Assembly: GCF_001194135.2 (NCBI RefSeq)
Contig: NC_069000.1
Span: 15,760,175-15,808,619 of the forward strand
Direction: 5' to 3'
Length of the DNA stretch: 48,445 nt
From: Octopus bimaculoides
Lineage: Eukaryota
The position numbers and the translations under genes are program-made. Every line of letters begins with the position of its first letter. Within the stretch, counting starts at the first letter, position 1. This document shows positions 35,804 to 48,061 of this stretch, in pieces. The notes beneath the pieces were generated by a model that was given only the letters and a program-made list of their open reading frames with translations, was not told the DNA's origin and searched no databases.

Positions 35804-37625
35804 CTAAACATGAAAGAAAGGAACAGAGAATGAGGGAGAGAGGAGTGGAGAGGGAGAAAGAGAGAGATAGGAGTGGAGTGTGGGAGACAGAGACAGAGAG
35901 AGAGAGGGAGAAGGTGTAGATTCTGAATGTGCTATAATCTCCATGTAGTTCATGTTTTCAACAATGTCAATGTACACAATACATTGTCAGCACAACATAC
36001 CACATTGATCTGATGTAACTATCATCAAGTTTGTTGTATTATGTCTGTCGCATCCTACTCCTTCAGTACTCATTGCCAGCCATTGATTAAAACCTAACAA
36101 CTAATCCTAATGACAAATGTCAATCAACAGTTATAAATAAAAATTCAACATTATAAGAATAGATGAGGGATTAAGAAATTTGCTTTGCAACCATAAGCTT
36201 TCCAAGTCTGATCCTACTGTGTGGCACTATAATAGAAATAATGGCAGAGTCCTAAACATTAACTTACAGCCTAGGAATTGAACCCCAAATCACTGTGTTC
36301 AGATGGGTAAATAATGATAACCAACAAACAGAATTCTGTCAAGAATTGATGACATCAGCAAACAACAACTCAGTCAAATCTCTGGTTGACACATCAAGAG
36401 CTTGTTTTCTTTTCTTATCAGCAGATAGTTGACCAGTGAAAACAATAGAACAGATGCTTAGCTCATTAGATCTCAGTTGTGAATGAATGACATATGAGAT
36501 TGTCATTAATGACTTTGTCTTTGGTGCCTTTTCTTTGACTGACCATGGCTATACATAGATGGTGTACCTGCTAACTAGTTAGTTGTCATGACACAGTTTA
36601 AGACAACTTATTGCAAGAACTTGAACTAATCACAGTTATTGTCGTTACTGACACATACACATCTCTCATGGACACACACACACTAGCTTGCTTGGCATAA
36701 ATATTCTTTTGTGTCATTTGTTGCAACATTGTTTTCTTTCCTTTTATTGACAGGTGTGCCTGTGTGGTAAGAAGTTTGCTTCCCAACCACATGGTTTCGT
36801 GGTTCAGTCCCACTGCATGGGACCTTGAGCAAGTGTCTTCTACTATAGCCATGGGTTGATGAAAGCCTTGTGAGTGGATCTGGTAGACAGAAACTAAAAG
36901 AAGACTGATGTGTGTGTGTGTGTGTGTGTGTGCATGTGTATGTGTCTTTGTGTCTGTGTTGTCCCACACCACCACTTGACAACCACTGTTGGTGTGTTTA
37001 CATCCCTGTAACTTAACAGTTGAGCAAAAGAAACCAATAGAATAAGTACTAGGTTTAAAAAAATAAATACTGGTGTCAGTTCGTGTGACTAAAATTTTTC
37101 AAGGCTGTGCCCCAGTATGGTCGCAGTCTAATCGAAACAAATAAAAGACAAAAGAGATTAAATGTGAATGAATATTTTGTATCAGGAAATTCATCCAGAC
37201 TTTTGTTCTTCTGTCAGCCAACGAAAATATACCTTCATTACAGAACCATGAGCAAGTATTTTTACCACAGCTTCAGATTGGCCCAAACATTGTAAATGAA
37301 TTTAATTTCAAGGAAACTGTGTAGAGGGCCATCAAATGAACTGTACTTGCAATTCAAAGTCCAGCCTTGTCATGCATGTATGACAGGGTAGTCATGTTCT
37401 GGAATATTCAGCCATTTTGCCCACTAACTCAATGTGTTATCAGATAAATTCATATTTTCTGTGGAAATTTTCCAGAAGTATCTTAGTCTTTATTCTTCTC
37501 CCGGATGATTTTGTATTTAGGATTCAGTTAAGTTTATGAAGTTATGGGGATTTAATCAAAGCAACATTAGTTCTCAAATGTTGGTGGGAGGCAAACACAA
37601 CACAAACACACACACGCGTGTACAC

Positions 37626-37659
<34 letters not shown>

Positions 37660-39054
37660 ACACACATATAAATATATACACATGTGTATAAATATATGTT
37701 TAATTTACAAGGAAAGATCCAGAGAAATGGTTACCAGGGTAGCCAAATGTAACACAAGTGCCTAAGAAATTAGTAACCACACTTACATGGGTGATAATTC
37801 TGAGGAGAAGTGAGACGTGTTTTGGAGAACATAAGAGAAATGGAAAATGGAGACAAATGCACAAGATATTATTTAAATCATTTATATCACCATATCACCA
37901 ACATATGTTTCAATTGATGCATTAAAATTAATCCGGGAGGAAAAATAATGTGAAATACTGTATCAATCTCATCAGGGAGGAGATTATAAACAACAATGTC
38001 CATTGATAAGCCATTTTTACAGATGTAAGATATTATAATATATAATATATGAAAAACAAAAGGTGAATAGAGAACGCTAGTAATTTTAAAATACTGTTTA
38101 GAAATTTTGACATCATGGACACTTAATACTATGAAATTCAGATAATATACATATACACACTTGCTTCAGAACACATAGAAAACAAGGAAATTGCTGTCAG
38201 AAAATATGCTTTACAACCAACACAATAGCCCCAGTCTGTAACATACGCGTGAGTTTACTGCTACTCCACATTGTAGTCAACAAATCTTCATTTTCAATTT
38301 GTCTACGATTTCTCTACCAATCACCAACACAAATTCCACGCAAACTAAGAACTTCAATGACGAACTGTTTATTTTTACAGGACAAGCATTTTATAGAATA
38401 AGGATTAAACAACATCAACATGACTTAAGTAATTTCTCTTTGATTCTGACTTAGAGCGAATGAAAGGGAAAACTCATTGGGAGGCTTTTTCCCTTTCTAT
38501 ATTTTAAAGAGGTTTCAGGCTAGTAGTGTTTGGGGTCTGAAGATACGTTGTAAGGGTAAACCCCTGAATTCAAACAAGAAAAACGACAAAAAAAANNNNN
38601 NNNNNNNNNNNNNNNNNNNNNNNNNNNNNNNNNNNNNNNNNNNNNNNNNNNNNNNNNNNNNNNNNNNNNNNNNNNNNNNNNNNNNNNNNNNNNNNNNNNN
38701 NNNNNNNNNNNNNNNNNNNNNNNNNNNNNNNNNNNNNNNNNNNNNNNNNNNNNNNNNNNNNNNNNNNNNNNNNNNNNNNNNNNNNNNNNNNNNNNNNNNN
38801 NNNNNNNNNNNNNNNNNNNNNNNNNNNNNNNNNNNNNNNNNNNNNNNNNNNNNNNNNNNNNNNNNNNNNNNNNNNNNNNNNNNNNNNNNNNNNNNNNNNN
38901 NNNNNNNNNNNNNNNNNNNNNNNNNNNNNNNNNNNNNNNNNNAAAAAAAAAAAAAAAAACATCCATAATCAGCAATAGAAGTATAACAGAATACGAAGCA
39001 ATAACATCAGACAAGTGAACTATAAACAATAACTGATACAGGTAAAAATTATAC

Positions 39055-39136
39055 TGGCAGCGATGGGATTCGAACCCACGCCTCCGGAGAGACTGGTGCC
39101 TAAAACCAGCGCCTTAGACCACTCGGCCACGCTACC
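39055..39136 (-). tRNA. tRNA-Leu, anticodon TAG (82 nt, long variable arm)
   Basis: GGTAGCGTGGCCGAGTGG...CTGGT-TTTAGGC-ACCAG...GGTTCGAATCCCATCGCTGCCA. Full cloverleaf, A and B boxes, T5 run downstream. Confidence 0.96.
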
Positions 39137-39937
39137 ACATTAGACTCGAATCGCCATTATCTGTAAATATCTCAAGCTAATCTAAACGACTGTGCCACGT
39201 GATTAATTCATCATCTGACTAAGTTATTTATTATATGAAAGCTAAACGCAGTGAGCTGGCAGAGACGTTAGCGCAGCGGACAAAATGCTTGGTCAAACTT
39301 CTTCCAGCTCTATTCCCAGTCCAAATTTCGCTGTGATCGAGAAAATAAACACCAGTCAAGTGCTTGTTGGACCACTTTAGTGAATCATAGTCTTACCAGT
39401 AAGGCGAGAAGTTGAAGGAGTTGTAAGAATGTTGGACAGAATGCCTTGCAGTATTCGTCCTGGCTCTCTGCATTCTGAATTTAAATCCCATGGAAGTCAA
39501 CTTCACATTTCATCGCTTCAGGGTTGATAATAAAAGTACCAGTTCAATACTGGATTACAGTACTACTGCTGTTTTCCTTATTTCAGTCTTTATATATTTC
39601 CCTTTCTTTCTGGAAGAAATCGGATGCGTTCAGACCTGAAGAAGGATGGGTTCCGCCAAGTTTAAACTCCAATGCCTGAGAGTTACGAAAAATTTTTAAT
39701 GATTAAACACCTTTTAGATGTGATGAATGATGGCAATTACAGCATTTGCTTGCTTGTGAGACGTACCACTATTTTACAAAGTTTATTTTGTGGAAAAAAT
39801 AAATTTAGAGTTTTGTCATACGCTTCAGGCGTGGTTGTATGTTAAGAAGTTTGCCTCTCAACCTAAAGACCTTGGGCCATCCAAAGTTCCGTAAGTAATT
39901 TAGTAGACAGGAACTGGAAGAAGCCCATCGACTATAT

Positions 39938-40091
39938 CAGTGGTTCCTAACCTTTTCACTACCAAGGACCCTTTTGGAAAACTCATTTAATGAGTTTTCC
40001 AAAGGACTCCAGGATATTGAAAGGTCTGTTAGCTTAACATGTTCACGGACCCTCAGTTCTACCTCTGCAGACCACTGGTTGGGAACCACTG
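39938..40091. mobile_element. hAT-type MITE with internal palindrome
   Basis: TIRs CAGTGGTTCCTAACC / GGTTGGGAACCACTG; degenerate 8-bp TSD GACTATAT / GTCTATAG. Confidence 0.78.
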
Positions 40092-40204
40092 GTCTATAGG
40101 GCTTTCCTATAAGTAGGTTATCTCCCTTGGCCAGGCTGCGCTCCATGTAGACAATGAAACTTCCGCAGACTATCCACGCTATTGTTATTGTTTTACGTCT
40201 TATC

Positions 40205-40437
40205 ATGGATATAAAGCAGGTCGATGATTCAGCTATCGAAGTACTTACTGTGCCTGAGTTAAAGAAATATTTAAGATCATATGGACAGTATGTTACTGGA
40301 AGAAAGGCAGACTTGATTGAAAGGTATAAATTCTGTCGATGAAGAATGTCAACAAAGTAAATTCATCGGACGTTAAGTCTGAAGTATCGGACGATACTTC
40401 AGACAGGAATAAGCAGAAGCTTATATCTCCTCTCGGT
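40205..40437 (+). pseudogene. SAP-domain ORF fragment, probably transposon-borne, broken after the SAP motif
   Basis: MDIKQVDDSAIEVLTVPELKKYLRSYGQYVTGRKADLIER matches the SAP consensus. Stop at 40340-40342; another frame stays open into the gap. Confidence 0.65.
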
Positions 40438-42865
40438 NNNNNNNNNNNNNNNNNNNNNNNNNNNNNNNNNNNNNNNNNNNNNNNNNNNNNNNNNNNNNNN
40501 NNNNNNNNNNNNNNNNNNNNNNNNNNNNNNNNNNNNNNNNNNNNNNNNNNNNNNNNNNNNNNNNNNNNNNNNNNNNNNNNNNNNNNNNNNNNNNNNNNNN
40601 NNNNNNNNNNNNNNNNNNNNNNNNNNNNNNNNNNNNNNNNNNNNNNNNNNNNNNNNNNNNNNNNNNNNNNNNNNNNNNNNNNNNNNNNNNNNNNNNNNNN
40701 NNNNNNNNNNNNNNNNNNNNNNNNNNNNNNNNNNNNNNNNNNNNNNNNNNNNNNNNNNNNNNNNNNNNNNNNNNNNNNNNNNNNNNNNNNNNNNNNNNNN
40801 NNNNNNNNNNNNNNNNNNNNNNNNNNNNNNNNNNNNNNNNNNNNNNNNNNNNNNNNNNNNNNNNNNNNNNNNNNNNNNNNNNNNNNNNNNNNNNNNNNNN
40901 NNNNNNNNNNNNNNNNNNNNNNNNNNNNNNNNNNNNNNNNNNNNNNNNNNNNNNNNNNNNNNNNNNNNNNNNNNNNNNNNNNNNNNNNNNNNNNNNNNNN
41001 NNNNNNNNNNNNNNNNNNNNNNNNNNNNNNNNNNNNNNNNNNNNNNNNNNNNNNNNNNNNNNNNNNNNNNNNNNNNNNNNNNNNNNNNNNNNNNNNNNNN
41101 NNNNNNNNNNNNNNNNNNNNNNNNNNNNNNNNNNNNNNNNNNNNNNNNNNNNNNNNNNNNNNNNNNNNNNNNNNNNNNNNNNNNNNNNNNNNNNNNNNNN
41201 NNNNNNNNNNNNNNNNNNNNNNNNNNNNNNNNNNNNNNATATATATATATATATATATATAAAGAAAAATATCACAGCAAGTCTTACTCGAAATTCCCAC
41301 ATTCATTCAGAACATTAACAACAATTTCAATGTATTTATTATTTGAATGCAAAATTCTTTATTAAAAATACCTGTACATCTGCGGAAGTTAAAGCAAGTC
41401 ACTGAGCATGTGTACATGTCATACGAGGGGAGTTCCAATCAGGGGTGTGTACGTGCGTGCGCGTGTGTCTTTGTGTTTGTCCCCCACCACCACTACGACT
41501 TAACAACTGATGTTGGTTAGTTTATGCGCCCATAACTTAGCTGTTCCGTAAAAAAAGATCTGCCAGAATAAGTACGAGGCTTTAAAAGAAAATAACTAGG
41601 GTCGATTTGTTCGACTAAGCCATTTAAGGTGTTGCCCTAGTATCACTGCAGTTCAGTGGATGAAACGAATAAAAGACAAAAGATGTTTTTAAATAGTTTT
41701 GTAAGGAAAAATGCATAATTCTGTGCAAGTAAATACAATGTTGTGACAGTATGTCGGAATAAAGTATGAAAGCATAAATTTTTCATAAATAAACGTTATG
41801 GAAGTACCGTTTTGGAACTTTATTTTCTTTCAGTTCAACTGTAAAGATGTTGATATTTTGATCAAGGTAATTACCATACAAGATGTACAATTCACATTTC
41901 TGGTTGTAATGGTTTATGCAACTACGATCGGTCATTAGTGTAACGCTCCACCGCTATGATTTTGTTGTCATCCACTCATTGCGAACAGCTTATAGATGAT
42001 TGAAAAAATTTTCAACATTCTTTTCATTTCTCTTAAAGGTAACACAATCATTAAATGACGTAAGACACAAATCAGGTGTGGATTATGTATGTTGGGGAAG
42101 GAAGTATAATGAGATGATGATGTGACCTCTGTACATAACTGCTAATGTTTTACATAGTCCAAACTACACAAGTTAATCTGAGAAAAACAAAATAGGAATT
42201 TTGAAAGAAATATCTATAAAACTAGGTTTTAAACATCGAATGACTATGGGAGTGGGGAGACACTAGAATAAAATAGCAATCAAAGGAGTCCATAAGTAAA
42301 AATGGTTGAGAACCCCTGATTTAGGTCTTTCGACAGCAAGATTCAATCTGACGAAATCTACTGATTTCGATCCTAAAAGCTTCCTAATATTATTATGCAT
42401 TTCGCCAAATAATTTTCTTAATCACTTTTCACTTCTAAGTTTCACTCTACTTTCGCTTTAACACTTCAGTTATACATCTGACTATAATTACTAAACATAA
42501 ATTAACCAGGAGCTCCAGTATGACCGCAATCCAATGACTTAAACAAGTAAAAGAGTAAATAAATGATACAATAGATATAATAAATCAACTTTCATGTCAT
42601 AAACGATAAAGACCATTGGTAACTTGGTTCGAAAATTCTGAATTGAGATACAGTCATTAAAATTGTCGAGCTAATGTTGACTCGAAAGTGTAAAATGTGA
42701 AATGTGTTGGATGAAAAACGAAAATACACTAGCTTCCTATTTGTAATAAATAACCCGGTCAATGAATGAGTAAGCCACGTGATATAGAAACATAAGAGCT
42801 TAGAATTTCACCACGTTTGTTTAGCTTAATCATGACATATTTATTCACGAGGCCAACTAACAAGT

Positions 42866-42947
42866 GGTAGCGTGGCCGAGTGGTCTAAGGCGCTGGTTTT
42901 AGGCACCAGTCTCTTCGGAGGCGTGGGTTCGAATCCCATCGCTGCCA
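42866..42947 (+). tRNA. tRNA-Leu, anticodon TAG (82 nt)
   Basis: Same cloverleaf as 39055-39136, with one difference in the variable-arm loop (TTC vs TCC). Confidence 0.96.
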
Positions 42948-42952
42948 ATGTA

Positions 42953-42958
42953 TTTTTT
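42953..42958 (+). terminator. Pol III oligo-T terminator of tRNA-Leu
   Basis: T6 starting 6 nt after the discriminator base. Confidence 0.75.
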
Positions 42959-43469
42959 CTTTGTATCTCATGCTTCTTATAGTTATAATTGCGATATAAA
43001 GTGTTGTAAAGATAGTTATAAAGTGATAATTGCGATCGATTTGTTTCCTCTTATCTCTTTTTATGTATGTGTGTACATATAAACAAAACGTTACTGTTTA
43101 CTCTAACAGTTACATGAAAGAATGTTTATAACTCGAATCGATAGGAAACCTACTGACTTAATGGTATCTGTGATCGATCAAGTTACAAAATAACATTATG
43201 CACAAACTGAAATTTTCAACACCTGGACATTAAATGTCCTCTCTTACTATTTTGGAGTTGCCACTCGCCAACAGACGGGAATAACAACGATTTGATTGTA
43301 ACGAGGAAACAATGAAAATACATGACCCTCTCACTCTCTTTCTCTCTCACAAAAAGAAAATGTCGTCAGACTCGGAGTATTTACCAGACAACAAAAGATA
43401 CTAACAGGTATGCTAATTGTTTTTAAACACGGACAACAAACGTAAAAAAAAAATTGTCTTAAGATGATG

Positions 43470-43930
43470 TTTTGCCAAAACCTTGACGATACTCATGCTC
43501 AAACCATCCAGAAGATTCAGTAATCCTCTGGCGATGATGCCAAAGGCAAAACTCAGATCAAAGAATGGTACAACTACTTTAGACATAGCTATACTTTAGT
43601 GGAAAGAGAGGCACGCTCAGGCAGGCCATCTACAAGCCGAAACGAGGAGTCAATTGAGAATGTTCGGTGAATAATCATGGAAGACTGTTGTGTAACAATC
43701 CAGAAAATTGTTGACGAAGTGGGAATAAACACAGGATCAGTACATTCCATTTTAACGGAGGATATATGCATGCGGTGAGTGTCAGCAAAATTCCTCAGGA
43801 TGCTGGAGAAACAGCAGAAGCAACTCCGCATAGAAATTGCACAGGAAATGTTTGACTACGCAAACCACGGCCCAGAACTTCATGAAAACTATCATCACTG
43901 GTGATGAGACATGTGTTTATGGTCTCTACT
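43470..43930 (+). mobile_element. Degenerate mariner transposase, N-terminal part
   Basis: QIKEWY..F......EREARSGRPSTS...VSAKF...FMKTIITGDETCVYG with stops and a frameshift. A SINE follows at about 43991. Confidence 0.85.
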
Positions 43931-43990
43931 CGATGCGTTCGTTCATCTTGCGTGAAAACGAAAATCCGACGAGCGCGTACTACACATACC

Positions 43991-44324
43991 CTTTTACTCT
44001 TTTATTTGTTTCAGTCATTTGACTGCGGCCATGCTGGAGCACCGCCTTTAGTCGAGCAAATTGACCCCGGGACTTATTCTTTGTAAGCCTAGTACTTATT
44101 CTATCGGTCTCTTTTTGCCGAACCGCTAAGTTACGGGGACATAAACACACCAGCATCGGTTGTCAAGCAATGCTAGGGGGACAAACACAGACACACAAAC
44201 ATATACATATATACGACGGGCTTCTTTCAGTTTCCGTCTACCAAATCCACTCACAAGGCTTTGGTCGGCCCGAGGCTATAGTAGAAGACACTTGCCCAAG
44301 GTGCCACGGAGTAGGACTGAACCC
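43991..44324 (-). mobile_element. SINE family A copy, runs into gap
   Basis: Near-identical to the 18871 copy. Confidence 0.88.
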
Positions 44325-45550
44325 NNNNNNNNNNNNNNNNNNNNNNNNNNNNNNNNNNNNNNNNNNNNNNNNNNNNNNNNNNNNNNNNNNNNNNNNNNNN
44401 NNNNNNNNNNNNNNNNNNNNNNNNNNNNNNNNNNNNNNNNNNNNNNNNNNNNNNNNNNNNNNNNNNNNNNNNNNNNNNNNNNNNNNNNNNNNNNNNNNNN
44501 NNNNNNNNNNNNNNNNNNNNNNNNNNNNNNNNNNNNNNNNNNNNNNNNNNNNNNNNNNNNNNNNNNNNNNNNNNNNNNNNNNNNNNNNNNNNNNNNNNNN
44601 NNNNNNNNNNNNNNNNNNNNNNNNNNNNNNNNNNNNNNNNNNNNNNNNNNNNNNNNNNNNNNNNNNNNNNNNNNNNNNNNNNNNNNNNNNNNNNNNNNNN
44701 NNNNNNNNNNNNNNNNNNNNNNNNNNNNNNNNNNNNNNNNNNNNNNNNNNNNNNNNNNNNNNNNNNNNNNNNNNNNNNNNNNNNNNNNNNNNNNNNNNNN
44801 NNNNNNNNNNNNNNNNNNNNNNNNNNNNNNNNNNNNNNNNNNNNNNNNNNNNNNNNNNNNNNNNNNNNNNNNNNNNNNNNNNNNNNNNNNNNNNNNNNNN
44901 NNNNNNNNNNNNNNNNNNNNNNNNNNNNNNNNNNNNNNNNNNNNNNNNNNNNNNNNNNNNNNNNNNNNNNATTTTAAATTAAAATTAAAATTGTGGTTTT
45001 GGAGTCAGGATTTGACTGCTATTTTTTCAGCGTGGTGGTATCTCTTGATACCCTGTATTATAATTTTAAATAATTATTACCTTTGATGGTTTTTATTCCC
45101 ATGCTGACCACTTGATAAGATCAATATTTTAAATACCGATCTTATCCTTATTTATATAAATATATATATATATAATATATATCGTGTATATATCGTGGTA
45201 TAATTGAATAAAGAGAGCACTCCATCTGGTGAGGGTCAAATGTTTCTGTTCAAGGATTGCAGTACTTATCTTCGGACACTACGAATAGTTTCACGTGTTT
45301 GAAAATCCAAGCACGTTCTTCAAACGCAGACCACTCTTCGTACTGAAATAAGAACTTTAAATATGGTGTGGGACATACATACATACACACACACACATAG
45401 ATGAAAATAAGTTTGACTATATGATAAATATATTATTCTATACTATCTTGTAAATAAATTGTTTATATATATCGAATTAGATAGACAAATATTATACACG
45501 CACGCGCGCGCGCGGATGTGTGTATATATATATATATTGATAGAAAAAGT

Positions 45551-45617
<67 letters not shown>

Positions 45618-46617
45618 GGGAGAAAGAAAGAGAGAGAGAGTGAGGAAGAGAAGGTGGTAGGGGGAGAAATGTATACAAAAAGGCATACCCGACACTCACG
45701 ATACATCAGTTCGTAAAAGACTGCCTACACCCGGCAAAACATTTCATCTCATAACCAGTGTTTACGCCTCCTGTTTGTTATTAGCGTTGCGAAGGTTACG
45801 TACGGTTACGTATGAATACTTGTCCCCGTGCAAATTTAGATATAACTGTAATAATTATATTATGTTTTATAAAGATCGTCTTGGCGTCATATAAGTTATG
45901 TGTTATAATACATTGGAATCAGAAAGATACACAGAAAATAGATGTTTCTATTTTTCCTATTCCTCTCGCACACCAATAATGCAGTTTTATTTAGGTCGAT
46001 GATCCTAATAAAACAAGAATATCGGTGTGTCTTCAAATTCAGAATGTTTATGTAAAATGCCCGTCCGGTACTTGTACTAAGTTCGTTCGTCGGTAGTAAC
46101 GATTTTATCATCGATTCCTTCGATATGAAAAATACTTTATTAGACTCAGTGATGTTTATGCTTTCTTTTTCATTCTTTTCTTTTTTCTTCTTTCACTCTT
46201 CCCTCCAAAGTATTAAGGACATAAATGATATGAAATGGTTTATTTGCCCAACACGAAGAATGACCACTTTCACAGCAGAAGAGCTAGGAATTTCCCCCTG
46301 ATATCACCAAAATATAGGCATCATATTCCACTCAAGACAACTATTTTCCTTGATCTTCCTCGTATAAGATTCAAGTTCTATTCCTTCAAGTACGTCATCA
46401 GGTTTACCATAATGACCAGGTCGTGAAACGGTTTTTGCTAATAATCGCCCAGTCATGAATTCTTCTGGAATAGCAGTGTCGTTAGTTAGACAAGTAAGAC
46501 ACGATTATCTATGACCGACTACCCCGAATTCTCGATGTCACAGTATTTGTAACGACTAATACATACCACTGGTCATATGGGAGGGGTGTTCCATTATCAT
46601 TATTGTCTCCATAATAA

Positions 46618-47046
46618 TAGGTGACAAATTAACAGTGGAGGAGGATGCCCTGGAAGCATAGTTGCTGGAATAAGAATAGGATGGAGAAAGGATGACGTGG
46701 TATTGCGAAATTACTACATAAATCTTTATCTTAATTTAGCTATAATTGGCAACAAAAGGCTTCTCTCTCAGAGTGAAAGGCAGATTGTATGATATCTGCG
46801 AACAAACAGCTATGCTCTATGTTAGAGTGACGTGGACCCTGAATGCAGAAGACATACAAAGACTGGAGAGGAATGAAACTAGTATGCTTCGATGAATGTG
46901 TAACATCAGGGTACAGGGACGACAAAGTGCAAATGCGTGGAGAGAAAAGTTAGGCATAAGAAGAATCAGATGTAGCTTGCAAGAGAGAAGACTACGACGG
47001 TTTGGGCATATGATGTGCATGAATAACAACAGCTGTATAAAGAAGT
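46618..47046 (+). mobile_element. RTE-clade LINE ORF C-terminal remnant
   Basis: SGGGCPGSIVAGIRIGWRK...ATKGFSLRVKGRLYD....AMLY...TW...RLERNETSMLR*...ERRLRRFGHM. Confidence 0.8.
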
Positions 47047-47769
47047 ACTGATCGTTTATGTGTGTGTGTGTGTGTGTTTGTCCCCCCCCCCCACACACAC
47101 ACACACACACAACATCGCTTGACATCCGATGGTGGTGTGTTTATGCCCCCGTATTTTATTGGTTCGGCAAAAGTCCCGATAGAATAAATTCTAGGCTTAC
47201 AAAGAATAAGTCCTGGGGTCGATTTGCTCGACTAAAAGTCTGGTGCTCCAGCATGGCCGCAATCAAATGACTGAAACAAATAAAAGAATATATATATACA
47301 TACACATATGTGTGTGTACGATCTTATTTCAGTATCCGTACATACACACACACACACACACTACGACCTTCCTTCAGTATCCGTACACACACACACACTA
47401 CGACCTTCTTTCAGTATCCGTCGGCTTGAGACTAGAGTAGAAAGCACTTGCCCAAGGTGCCACGCATTGGAACCGAGCCCAGAACCATGTGGTTGGGAAG
47501 CAAGCTTTTTACTACACAGCTATGCCTGCGCATTATATAAATTTATTAACTAAAGCGATCCTGCATGTTCTTGGGACTAAATAAAACCTTCAGTTACCAC
47601 ATCTTCAGCGTCAAGATACAGCAGGGCAGCTATGTATCTCTTCCACAGGAAGACAATCTGTTTCTGTCCTTCTTTAACCTCTCATCAACTAGCACAAATC
47701 CACCTCCATCATACTACTCCCCCTACCAGTCGAGGGTGGGGAGTTTTTGCCTTGCAAGTTACTTGGTGA

Positions 47770-47956
47770 CCCCCGCCTATGCTTGTGTCACATAAAAAGT
47801 ACCCAGTTCACTCTGTAAAGTAGTTGACATTAAGGAAGGGCATCCAACTGTAGATACAGTGCCTACACTGACAGTAGAGCTTGTACCTGTCCTCTGTCTT
47901 GCTAACTCCATCCAACCCAGACCAGCATGGAGAATGGACGTTAAATGATGATGAAG
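47770..47956 (+). mobile_element. RTE-type 3' tail (AGGAAGGGCATCCA...CCAGCATGG...GGACGTTAAATGATGATG); related tails at about 12440-12580 (+) and 5520-5690 (-)
   Basis: A shared 3' sequence ending in (GAT)n occurs at three loci. Confidence 0.65.
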
Positions 47957-48061
47957 ATAATATATCGTGTGTGTATGCGCGTACGCACACACACACACAC
48001 ACACACATACATACATACATATCACACAACTAAGGAGTAAGAATAACAAAATACGTTTTTG

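Larger units (their letters stand above)
2861..44970. other. Multiple scaffold gaps (N runs), e.g. 2861-3431, 4243-5238, 14327-15146, 16221-16808, 40438-41238
   Basis: N tracts, usually flanked by microsatellites or repeats. They may hide exons. Confidence 0.99.

Noticed and set aside
37410-37460. ATG AAT TTA TCT GAT (MNLSD), reminiscent of the vertebrate CCDC66 start
   Set aside because: Only five residues; a stop follows quickly and the donor is weak. Probably chance.
2717-45086. Long ORF-track entries containing X runs
   Set aside because: They are open only because they cross N gaps.
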